A DNA stretch of 30,747 nt from a virus. Lineage: Duplodnaviria > Caudoviricetes. The notes beneath the pieces are model-generated. The model was given only the letters and a program-made list of their open reading frames with translations. It was not told where the DNA came from and ran no database searches. Below, one piece after another: positions 23,232 to 30,747 of the stretch. The stretch is taken from positions 1 to 30,747 of the IMG/VR virus record IMGVR_UViG_3300044759_000011. One strand, given 5' to 3'. Both the position numbers and the translations under genes were made by a program. How positions within the stretch are numbered: the stretch's first letter is position 1; each line of letters begins with the position of its first letter.

Positions 23232-25399
23232 TGCCCGGTCCCTACGACCAGCCCCCGGTTCCAGGCCAGCCGCCAATGCCGGGTGACGAAAAGGGCGGAT
23301 ACGCCAAGGACACCCCTGCCCAGCGCAAGAGCAAAGCGGAGGCTGGAAAGCAGCTTCCCGTGAAGGAGGCCCGCGAGGCCAAGAAGGATCCGGCCAAGAT
23401 GGCCGAGGTGTGGGAAAAGGAACTGCAGGCGGCCAAGAAGGAGTTGACGAAGTTCCACACCCAGGCCCGCAAGCTGGTCCAGCGGTACCTGGATGAGCGC
23501 GAGTCGTCGGCCATCGTGGACGGCGCGGATTCGCGGGTCAACCTGTTCTGGTCCAACACCGAAGTCCTCAAGTCCAGCCTCTATGCGAAACCGCCGAAGG
23601 TGGATGTCTCCAACAGCTACAAGGACAGCAACGACGACGTGGCACGCGTGGCGGGCAACATCCTCCAGAGGATGCTCAACAACGACGTGGAAGAAGACGA
23701 CGAGAGCACGTACCCGGAAATCACGAGGCAGGCGGTAGGCGACTACCTGATCGTCGGCCTGGGTCAGGTCTGGTACCGCTACGAGGTTGAAACGCAGACT
23801 TCGTCCACCGACCCAGTGACCGACCCCGAGACTGGCACGGTGCTGGCCGAGCCTGTCGAGTACGAGGCCATCACGCATGAGGATGCGCCGGCCGACTACG
23901 TCTACTGGGAAGACTTCTGGTGGTCGCCGGCACGGGTCTGGCAGGACGTGCGGTGGGTGGCGCGGCGGGTGTACATGAACCGCGAGGAGTTGATCGCACG
24001 GTTTGGCGACAAGATCGGCAAGGACGTGCCGATCAGCAAGCAGAAGCCCAGGGGTGACTCCATATCGCCCCAGAACGACCCCTGGGAGAAGGCCGGCGTG
24101 TTCGAGATATGGGACAAGACCACGAAGTGCGCCTACTGGCACGTCATGGGCTACAACATCATCTGCGACCACAAGGAAGACCCGATGAAGCTGCGCGGGT
24201 TCTTCCCGTGCCCCTGCCCGCTGATGGCGAACCTCACCACCAGCAAGTTCATGCCCCGGGCCGACTTCCTGATGGCCCAGGACCAGTACGCGCAGATCGA
24301 TGAGCTTTCCACGCGCCTGAAGTACCTCATCAAGGCTTGCAAGGTGGTTGGTGCCTACGACAAGACCAGCACCCCGCTTGGGCGGATCTTCAGCGAGGGC
24401 ATGGAGAACCAGATGATCCCGGTGGACAACTGGGCCGCCTTCGCGGAGAAGGGCGGCATCAAGGGGTCCATGGACTTCGTGCCCATCGAGATAGTGGCCC
24501 AGGTCATCGAGCGGCTGACCCAGCAGCGCGACATCCTCAAGGCTACCCTGTACGAGGTGCTGGGCATCGGGGACATCATGCGCGGCATGACCAACCCGGA
24601 TGAAACCCTGGGGGCGCAGCAACTCAAGGCTGAATTCGGCGGCAACCGTCTGCAGTTTAAACAGCAACAGATAGGATGCTGGGTAGCGGCCGGCCAGCGC
24701 ATCCGGTCCCAGATCTTCTGCTATCACTTCCAGCCCGACACGATCATCGAGCGGTCCAACATCATGCTCAGTGAGGACGCCCCCATGGCCCAGCAGGCCG
24801 TGGAATTCCTCAAGAGCGGGGCCGAGGCCAAGCAGTACCGCATTACGGTCGAGTCTGAAACGATGGCTATGGTGGACTGGGCACAGGAACGCGACAGCAG
24901 GACCCAGTTCATGGAAGCGGTCGGCGGGTTCCTGTCCAGCACCAGCGACGTGATGCAGACGATGCCCAAGGCGGTGCCCGTGCTGCTGCAGATGATGAAG
25001 TGGGGCCTGGGCGGCTTCCGGGTGTCCAAGGAAATCGAGACTGTGCTCGATCAGGCCATCAAGGAAGCCAGCACGCCGCCCGAGCCGGCCCCGCCGACAC
25101 CCGAGGACGACGCGGCGGTCGAGAAGGATCTGGCCTCTGCCGACCAGTCCCGTGCCACGGCCCTGGAGAAGCGTGTCCAGGCCGGCATGGACCTGTTGTC
25201 GGCCCAGCAGATGGGCCTGCCGGTCGCCGGCATGCCTCTCGGCCCGGAGATAGGCCCCAAGCCCCCAGGGCAGCCCCCAGGCGGCCCCCCAGGCCCGCCG
25301 GAAGGCCCTGGTGGGCCTCCGGGTCCTGGCGGCCCTCCTGGCGGCCAGATGCCGCCTCCTGGCGGCCCCCCGGGTCCACAAGGTCCACCACCTCAGTAG
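23231..25399 (+). CDS. Portal protein with Pro/Gly-rich termini
   Basis: Directly after terL; NLFWSN.EVLK..LYAKPPK.DV, G.GQVW.RYE, V.WVARRVYM, GFFPCP.PL and GI.DI.RG..ETLGAQQLK motifs. Confidence 0.9.
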   Translation: MPGPYDQPPVPGQPPMPGDEKGGYAKDTPAQRKSKAEAGKQLPVKEAREAKKDPAKMAEVWEKELQAAKKELTKFHTQARKLVQRYLDERESSAIVDGADSRVNLFWSNTEVLKSSLYAKPPKVDVSNSYKDSNDDVARVAGNILQRMLNNDVEEDDESTYPEITRQAVGDYLIVGLGQVWYRYEVETQTSSTDPVTDPETGTVLAEPVEYEAITHEDAPADYVYWEDFWWSPARVWQDVRWVARRVYMNREELIARFGDKIGKDVPISKQKPRGDSISPQNDPWEKAGVFEIWDKTTKCAYWHVMGYNIICDHKEDPMKLRGFFPCPCPLMANLTTSKFMPRADFLMAQDQYAQIDELSTRLKYLIKACKVVGAYDKTSTPLGRIFSEGMENQMIPVDNWAAFAEKGGIKGSMDFVPIEIVAQVIERLTQQRDILKATLYEVLGIGDIMRGMTNPDETLGAQQLKAEFGGNRLQFKQQQIGCWVAAGQRIRSQIFCYHFQPDTIIERSNIMLSEDAPMAQQAVEFLKSGAEAKQYRITVESETMAMVDWAQERDSRTQFMEAVGGFLSSTSDVMQTMPKAVPVLLQMMKWGLGGFRVSKEIETVLDQAIKEASTPPEPAPPTPEDDAAVEKDLASADQSRATALEKRVQAGMDLLSAQQMGLPVAGMPLGPEIGPKPPGQPPGGPPGPPEGPGGPPGPGGPPGGQMPPPGGPPGPQGPPPQ

Positions 25400-25406
25400 T
25401 AGCGCA

Positions 25407-26837
25407 ATGAGCGAAACCACCGATCTGCTGCGGGGCCGTGACACCCGCCCACCAGCGGAATTGAAGCCTACGCCACGGCACAAAGGGTGGGGAGCCTTGT
25501 CCGACCTTCTGCGCGGCGGGCGCGACATCGCCAACAAGGCGGATCTGCCCCTGGTGGGGCCGGTGGGCGACTTCGCCCTCGGGAAGATCCCCGAGGAGGT
25601 GAACGAGTGGTCCTACGGCAACTCGCCGGTCCAGATCAACCCCATGGCGGGCCGCACGGCCTCGTTCGTGCCCGAGATAAAGCGGGGGCGCAAAGAGGGC
25701 GTGGCGGACGTGCTGGGGTCCATCGGCAGCCCCACCGGCAGGAAGGCCCTGACGGCCGCTGCGCTGGGCGGCTTGGCCCCCAGCGGGGTGGATGCGGCCT
25801 CGTACCTCGCGCACACGGCCCTGAAGCCGCACCCGAAGGTGGGCACCCGGTTCGAGCGCGAGATGGTCGGCAAGATGGCCCCGAAGACGCCCCAGCGCAT
25901 CGAGGACATCGAGGGCGCGAGCATTACCGCCATGCCGTGGGACCAGAGCAGTCGGGGGCAGCGCATCACCAGCATCTCGGACGAGAAGTTGCCCAGTCCG
26001 ATCATCACCACGGGCGGCCAGGACTACGCCCGGGATCTGGCGAACATCGAGCAGGGCGTCGGTGGGGCGTCGAACCTGGGCATCGCCAAGCGGATCGCAG
26101 ACCGCAACGAGGCTGCCCGGGAGGCTGGCCTCGCAGGCGGGGGCAGCGGCCGGGTCATCATGATGCCGACCACGATGGGGGCCGACTCGGAGTTTTTCTC
26201 CACCATGCCGGCCGATGCCCTGGTGCAGTTGCTGCGCGGGCGTAACCTGGGCGCGAAGGACATCCAGAAGTTGAACGAGATGGTCCGCACCTCCCCGGTC
26301 AAGAAGCCTGGGGGCACGGAGCGGCCGTTCGGCAGGTTCGCCGGCTTTGAGGATCCCGACTTTGAGGAGCAGATGCGGATCGGCCTGGGCAAGGGTGCGC
26401 CGGCTGGGGAACTGCGCAAGGCCATTGCGGGGCAGCTTACGAAGGTCGGCCCGCAGAAGATGATCGGGTTCAACAAGCAGGACCTGATGAACGCCATTAC
26501 CGACCCCGACCTGATGGGCGTGGGCAAGGGGCACATGGGCAACACGCTGATCGAGGCCCTGCGGGGGACGCCGCTGACGAAGTCCGCGCACCCGGCTTAC
26601 GACACCGACTTCGCCGGCCGGTATGTCGGCAGCATGGGCGCGAACATCCCCATCGAGAGCGTGATGCCCAAGACCTACGCCGCCACCCTGCGCGAGATGC
26701 AGGGCAAGACGAGCGACCCGACCAAGCTGCGCAACATGACCATCGGCGCGATGCAGACGCGCAAGGGTGGCTTCTCCGAGTTGGTGGACAAGGAAACCAT
26801 CGACTCTGTCAACCGCTGGCTGGAGGCGAACAAGTAA
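25407..26837 (+). CDS. Uncharacterised head-region protein (476 aa)
   Basis: Long GC3-biased ORF starting 7 nt after the portal stop; TAATG overlap with the next gene; no motif recognised. Confidence 0.8.
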   Translation: MSETTDLLRGRDTRPPAELKPTPRHKGWGALSDLLRGGRDIANKADLPLVGPVGDFALGKIPEEVNEWSYGNSPVQINPMAGRTASFVPEIKRGRKEGVADVLGSIGSPTGRKALTAAALGGLAPSGVDAASYLAHTALKPHPKVGTRFEREMVGKMAPKTPQRIEDIEGASITAMPWDQSSRGQRITSISDEKLPSPIITTGGQDYARDLANIEQGVGGASNLGIAKRIADRNEAAREAGLAGGGSGRVIMMPTTMGADSEFFSTMPADALVQLLRGRNLGAKDIQKLNEMVRTSPVKKPGGTERPFGRFAGFEDPDFEEQMRIGLGKGAPAGELRKAIAGQLTKVGPQKMIGFNKQDLMNAITDPDLMGVGKGHMGNTLIEALRGTPLTKSAHPAYDTDFAGRYVGSMGANIPIESVMPKTYAATLREMQGKTSDPTKLRNMTIGAMQTRKGGFSELVDKETIDSVNRWLEANK

Positions 26838-27232
26838 TGCCCACCTACGACTTCAGGTGCGAAGCGTGTAAACGCGAATACAGTGTGCTCCGGTCGATCC
26901 GCGAGCATTGCATCAATCCCCGGCCATTCGTGTGCTGCGGCCAACCCGCCGAGCGATGGTTCACACCCGGCGGTACGGGCGTTGCACTGAACAACGCACT
27001 GGCCGGGGACCGGCACTACGAGGGTCTGCGGGCCACGGACGGCACCGACATCAGCACCCGCACCAAGCACCGCGAGTACATGAGGCGCAACAACCTGACG
27101 ACCATCGACGACTTCAAGGACACCTGGGCGAAGGCCCAGAAAATCCGCGAGGAGTACCGGCAGGGCAAGGGCCACGGCGCAATCACGCGTAACGATATTG
27201 CCCAGGTCATAGCCGACATGGGCGACCGCTGA
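26837..27232 (+). CDS. FmdB-like zinc-ribbon protein
   Basis: MPTYDFRCEAC...CCG.PAER N-terminal pattern. Confidence 0.8.
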   Translation: MPTYDFRCEACKREYSVLRSIREHCINPRPFVCCGQPAERWFTPGGTGVALNNALAGDRHYEGLRATDGTDISTRTKHREYMRRNNLTTIDDFKDTWAKAQKIREEYRQGKGHGAITRNDIAQVIADMGDR

Positions 27233-27264
27233 CGGCCGGTTTCGCCGCCCTACAAGGAGAATCC

Positions 27265-28365
27265 ATGGGACCCGAAGACGACGATCTGCGCGGCGATTTA
27301 GAGACTGCGTTTGGCGAGGATGGCGGCACCGAGGTGCCGCCCGCGCCGCCGCCGGTTGACAAACCGCTTGACACTCCGCCCGCACCCGAGTCAGTCGAGG
27401 CGGTTGCCCCGAAGGGCGAGCGCGACGCCCTCGGACGGTTCCTGAAGAAGGATGCCGCCGCTGCACCAACGCCGGGGGTGGCTTCTCCTCCCGCCCCGGG
27501 CGGGCCACTCGTCCCGGCCACTCCAGCGGCGGCACCCCCTGCCCCGGGCCTGCAGGCCCCGGCCGGGTGGGGGCCTGCGGTGCGTGAGCACTGGGCCAAT
27601 CTGCCCCAGCCCGTGCAGGAGTACGTCCACCAGCGTGAGCAACAGATGCAGCGGTGGGCTAACGACACGGCCCCCATGCGCCAAGCCGGCGAGCAGTTCA
27701 TCCGGGCGGTCGAGCCGTACATGATGACCATCCGGGCCGAGGGGGTGGACCCGTTGACGGCGGTGACCAACCTGATGCAGTTCGGCACCACCCTGCGCTT
27801 CGGCACGCCCCACGAGAAGGCCACGGTCATCTCGCAGTGCATCCAGCTATACGGGGTGGACATCCCGGCCCTGGACGCCCTGCTGGCCGGTCAGGCACCC
27901 CCGCAGGGGCAGGCACCGCAGATCAACGTCCAGGCCGAGGTGCAGCGTGCCCTGGCACCCCTGATGCAGCAGGCGCAGCAGCGGCAGCAGTGGGAATGGC
28001 AGCAGACCAACGAGCAGGCCCGCAGCGAGTTGCTGGCCTTCGCGGAGGACCCGAAGCACGAATTCATCTCGGACGTGCGCGAGATCATGGCCGACCTGAT
28101 CGAGGTGGCCGAGCGGCAGCGTTATCCCCTGCCGCTGCAGGACGCTTACGACAGGGCATGCGCTTTGCATCCCGAGGTGTCGAAGGTCATAATGGCAAGG
28201 CAGCAAGGTGTAAACGCCAGTAAGCTGACACAGAACGCCCAGCGGGCACGTGCCGCAGCGGTCAGTGTCAAAGGCGTGGCACCGGTTGGCAATCCGACTG
28301 CGGGCGAACCGTCATCGATACGGGAATCCATCGAGGCGGCCATCGACGCGCATTCGAGGGTCTAG
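27265..28365 (+). CDS. Putative capsid scaffolding protein
   Basis: Immediately before MCP; acidic/Pro-rich N-terminus with RD..GRF, AP.GW...W..LP, Gln-rich helices, C-terminal SIRESIEAA; AAGGAG RBS. Confidence 0.8.
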   Translation: MGPEDDDLRGDLETAFGEDGGTEVPPAPPPVDKPLDTPPAPESVEAVAPKGERDALGRFLKKDAAAAPTPGVASPPAPGGPLVPATPAAAPPAPGLQAPAGWGPAVREHWANLPQPVQEYVHQREQQMQRWANDTAPMRQAGEQFIRAVEPYMMTIRAEGVDPLTAVTNLMQFGTTLRFGTPHEKATVISQCIQLYGVDIPALDALLAGQAPPQGQAPQINVQAEVQRALAPLMQQAQQRQQWEWQQTNEQARSELLAFAEDPKHEFISDVREIMADLIEVAERQRYPLPLQDAYDRACALHPEVSKVIMARQQGVNASKLTQNAQRARAAAVSVKGVAPVGNPTAGEPSSIRESIEAAIDAHSRV

Positions 28366-28437
28366 GCGGAGTAGAACCGCCTCGGGGGCCTAGAACCGCT
28401 GCAGCGGCCATCGAACCCCCTGAGGAGCGGCCATCGA
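28336..28437 (+). repeat. Short direct repeats upstream of the capsid gene (GCGGCCATCGA x3; TAGAACCGC x2)
   Basis: GCGGCCATCGA at 28336, 28404 and 28427; TAGAACCGC at 28372 and 28391. Confidence 0.75.
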
Positions 28438-28494
28438 AAGCCCGGATGGACAAGGTAGCGTGTAAACGCAGGCTTAACTCATCCTGGAGGCTAT

Positions 28495-29460
28495 ATGGCT
28501 TTCCCCAATGTCTCGGACATCGTCGCCACGACGATCCAGTCGCGCACCCGCAAGATCGCGGACAACGTGACCAAGAACAATGCCCTCTACATGCGGCTGG
28601 ACCAGCGGGGCAACCGCAAGACGTTCAGCGGGGGCAATGTGATCTACCAGGAGTTGTCGTTCGCGCAGAACAGCAACGGCGGGTGGTACTCGGGCTATGA
28701 CTTGTTGCCGGTCGCTGCCTCGGACGTGATTAGCGCGGCCGAGTACACGATCAAGCAACTGGCCTGCCCCGTCACCATGAGCGGCCTGGAAACCATCCAG
28801 AACGCTGGCCGCGAGCAGATGATCGATCTGCTGGAGGGTCGCATCACGGTGGCGGAAGCCACCATGGCGAACCTCATGGCCGAGGGCGTCTACGGCAACG
28901 GCACCACGTTCGCCGGGAAGTCCCTGACCGGACTGGGGGCCGCCGTACCGGTGGATCCCAGCACCGGCATCTATGGTGGGATCGACAGGGGCACGTGGAA
29001 TTTCTGGCGCAGCCAGATCGTCCCCGCCGGCACCGCGCTGACGGCCTCCACGATCCAGGCGGCCTGGAACGGCCTGTGGGCTGCCCTGGTGCGCGGCACC
29101 GACCGTCCCGACCTTATCGCCGTGGACAACTTCATGTGGCAGACGTATCTGGCGAGCCTGCAGGCGCAGCAGCGTTTTGCATCGCCAGAGGTTGGCAACC
29201 TGGGGTTCCCAAGCCTGAAGTTCATGGACGCCGACGTGGTCCTGGACGGCGGCATCGGCGGCTTCTGCCCTGCCAAGACGGCGTTCTTCCTGAACACCAA
29301 GTTCATCTTCCTGCGCCCGCACAGTCAGCGTGACATGGTGTCACTCGACCCCAACAAGCGTTACGCCGTGAACCAGGACGCCGAGGTGTCAATCTTGGCC
29401 TGGGGTGGCAACCTCACCTGTTCCGGCGCACAGTTCCAGGGCCGGCTGATCAGCGGCTAA
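28495..29460 (+). CDS. Major capsid protein
   Basis: MAFPN.SDIVATTIQSR..KIADNVTKNNAL..RL, YSGYD.L, SG.E..QN.G.EQ.IDLL and W.GNLT.SG..FQG motifs; GGAGG RBS; position after scaffold. Confidence 0.92.
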   Translation: MAFPNVSDIVATTIQSRTRKIADNVTKNNALYMRLDQRGNRKTFSGGNVIYQELSFAQNSNGGWYSGYDLLPVAASDVISAAEYTIKQLACPVTMSGLETIQNAGREQMIDLLEGRITVAEATMANLMAEGVYGNGTTFAGKSLTGLGAAVPVDPSTGIYGGIDRGTWNFWRSQIVPAGTALTASTIQAAWNGLWAALVRGTDRPDLIAVDNFMWQTYLASLQAQQRFASPEVGNLGFPSLKFMDADVVLDGGIGGFCPAKTAFFLNTKFIFLRPHSQRDMVSLDPNKRYAVNQDAEVSILAWGGNLTCSGAQFQGRLISG

Positions 29461-29469
29461 TCTCCTTGA

Positions 29470-29498
29470 GGGCGGGCTTGCCACCCGCCCACCTTTTC
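29470..29498 (+). terminator. Intrinsic terminator after the capsid gene
   Basis: GGGCGGG-CTTGCCA-CCCGCCC followed by ACCTTTT. Confidence 0.65.
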
Positions 29499-29512
29499 AA
29501 CAGGAGCACCAC

Positions 29513-30226
29513 ATGCCCGCATCCCTTCCAGGCGCGACCCTTGCCGAGAACCTCGCCAACCCGAGCGCGGGCAAGGCCGTCCTCTATAGCCTCCTGTCCG
29601 GTCCCAAGGGCTCGCCCCTGGACAGGGATGTCCAGGTGCCGTATCTCGGCACCCCAGGCACCCCTGGCTACCCGGCCAGCGGCAACGCATCAACCGGCGG
29701 CCTGTCCAATGGCCTCGGGTTCGGCCCCAACCTTGTCATCGGCCTGACGGCACCGGCCAGCATCGTGGCCGCCGGTTATTCCGACGACTACACCCTGGGC
29801 GTCACGAAGCCTGACGGCACGGCGTCGGCTAACAGCACCCTCATGTACATCGGAGGCGGGCGCAGCAACCCGGACGGCACGGCGTTGCCCTACACCGCCG
29901 GCTTCGGCATCGGTGGTGCCGGCAACGGCGGCAGCCGCGACGCTGGCGCAGGACCGGCCTTCACTGGCTTCCTGGGCAAGATCGTCACGGCCGCTGCTGG
30001 CGTGGCGAACGGCGCAGTCGTTGAAACGGGCTGGGTCAACCGCTCGGGCGTGTCCCTGGTCACCGGCCAGAGCACCCTCGGACTGGCATCGGCGGCTTCC
30101 GCGACGCCGACCATCACGGAGCAGGTGATTCCCGAGCCGGATGAGCCCGAAGGGGCGATCCTGCGCATCGGGCCGGGGTACGAGGCGACGGTCCAGACGC
30201 CTGTGCGCGTGCGCGGGGGACGCTGA
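29513..30226 (+). CDS. Gly/Ala-rich putative virion (capsid decoration) protein
   Basis: AGGAG RBS; directly downstream of MCP; function inferred from position only. Confidence 0.7.
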   Translation: MPASLPGATLAENLANPSAGKAVLYSLLSGPKGSPLDRDVQVPYLGTPGTPGYPASGNASTGGLSNGLGFGPNLVIGLTAPASIVAAGYSDDYTLGVTKPDGTASANSTLMYIGGGRSNPDGTALPYTAGFGIGGAGNGGSRDAGAGPAFTGFLGKIVTAAAGVANGAVVETGWVNRSGVSLVTGQSTLGLASAASATPTITEQVIPEPDEPEGAILRIGPGYEATVQTPVRVRGGR

Positions 30227-30227
30227 C

Positions 30228-30386
30228 ATGCCAAGCAAGTCGCCGGCACAACGGCGGCTGATGGCAGCCGCCGCCCACAACCCGGCCTTCGCCAAGAAGG
30301 CTGGGGTTCCAACTTCCGTAGCCAAGGAATTCAACGCGGCCGACAAGAACAAGGCCACGGTGAAACTGCTGCGGGGGAAGAAGTAG
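30228..30386 (+). CDS. Small basic phage protein (52 aa, MPSKSPAQRRLMAAAAHNPAFAKKAGVP.SVAKEFN.AD)
   Basis: ATG 1 nt after the upstream stop; pattern I recognise as a recurrent small phage head-region protein. Confidence 0.75.
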   Translation: MPSKSPAQRRLMAAAAHNPAFAKKAGVPTSVAKEFNAADKNKATVKLLRGKK

Positions 30387-30409
30387 TGTTTTAACCCTAG
30401 GAGTACAAC

Positions 30410-30747
30410 GTGCCAGAATCGAAACTTGTAGTCATCACGCCCATCGAGGGCGCGTCGGTGGACAACAGCTTGCCGGGGAGCGACAGCGGTCGCCGCTGGC
30501 CTCGCCCCGATGGCAATCCTCCGTACCCCGATAACGGCCTACCCGATGGAGGCAACGTTGGCACCCCCGAGAACCCCGTGCAGCTTCCCGCCGCACCGCC
30601 GCCATATCCGAATGTCGGTCTGCCACCTTCTGTCTGGCCTGGGGTTCCGATCCATAAGCCCGCTCCGGGTGAACCTCCAATCACGCTCCCGCCGGGATCG
30701 GTGTATCCGCCGCTGCCCCCTGCGATAGGCAACAACGAGAACGTGCT
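30410..30747 (+). CDS. Proline-rich protein, 3'-partial (MPESKLVVITPIEGASVDNSLPG...PDNGLP...)
   Basis: AGGAG RBS plus GTG; frame open to the window end; absent from the ORF track because it has no stop. Confidence 0.7.
   Translation, partial: MPESKLVVITPIEGASVDNSLPGSDSGRRWPRPDGNPPYPDNGLPDGGNVGTPENPVQLPAAPPPYPNVGLPPSVWPGVPIHKPAPGEPPITLPPGSVYPPLPPAIGNNENV

Larger units (their letters stand above)
1..30747. mobile_element. Tailed dsDNA bacteriophage (Caudoviricetes) genome segment; free phage or prophage cannot be told apart
   Basis: Terminase, portal, scaffold, major capsid, PolA, primase, helicase and exonuclease in modular order; no host housekeeping genes; no integrase/att in window. Confidence 0.97.

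Noticed and set aside
25260-25399. Collagen triple helix in the portal tail
   Set aside because: The Gly-X-Y register is repeatedly broken.
23009-25537. 842-aa antisense ORF over the portal, and similar long opposite-strand or off-frame ORFs (11095..12753, 25059..26591, 6443..7480, 17037..18122)
   Set aside because: Shadow ORFs expected from high GC3 codon bias; they overlap genes with clear motifs and have no recognisable domains.
1-30747. tRNA genes, integrase/att sites and parA/parB genes
   Set aside because: None recognised by eye; they could lie outside the window. tRNAscan-SE and HMM searches on the full contig would settle this.

Overview
The whole window is a slice of a GC-rich (roughly two-thirds GC by eye) tailed dsDNA phage genome with no recognisable host genes. 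Left to right: (+) two paralogous virion adhesin/decoration genes (4x FN3 plus LamG/ConA-like domains; the first is 5'-truncated) and two tiny ORFs. Then (-) a pair of secreted-protein genes, a replication module (Cro-like HTH, SNF2-type helicase, VRR-NUC, RepB-primase/VapE ATPase, family A DNA polymerase, putative SSB, DUF2800/Cas4-like exonuclease) and an early cluster of small genes, most with their own sigma70-like promoter carrying a shared GCCCNGGG-type box. A divergent non-coding switch region lies at ~19.8-20.15 kb. Then (+) terminase small subunit, five small inserted ORFs, terminase large subunit, portal, two uncharacterised genes, scaffold, major capsid protein and further head-region genes. 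No integrase, recognisable lysis cassette, tRNA or CRISPR array was seen. Three signals stand out. (1) Two chromosome-type parS palindromes sit 150 bp apart with no parAB in the window. (2) An AT-rich octamer GTKTAAAC occurs 14 times at a typical spacing of ~2 kb, often inside genes at rare codons, and the asymmetric form is always on the + strand. (3) A two-gene secreted module pairs an Ala/Gly/Ser/Thr-rich repeat protein lacking K/R/E with a Cys-braced beta-hairpin protein, resembling a fibre subunit plus its export/anchor partner. Family assignments come from motif recognition by eye, and motif counts are manual; no database search was run.
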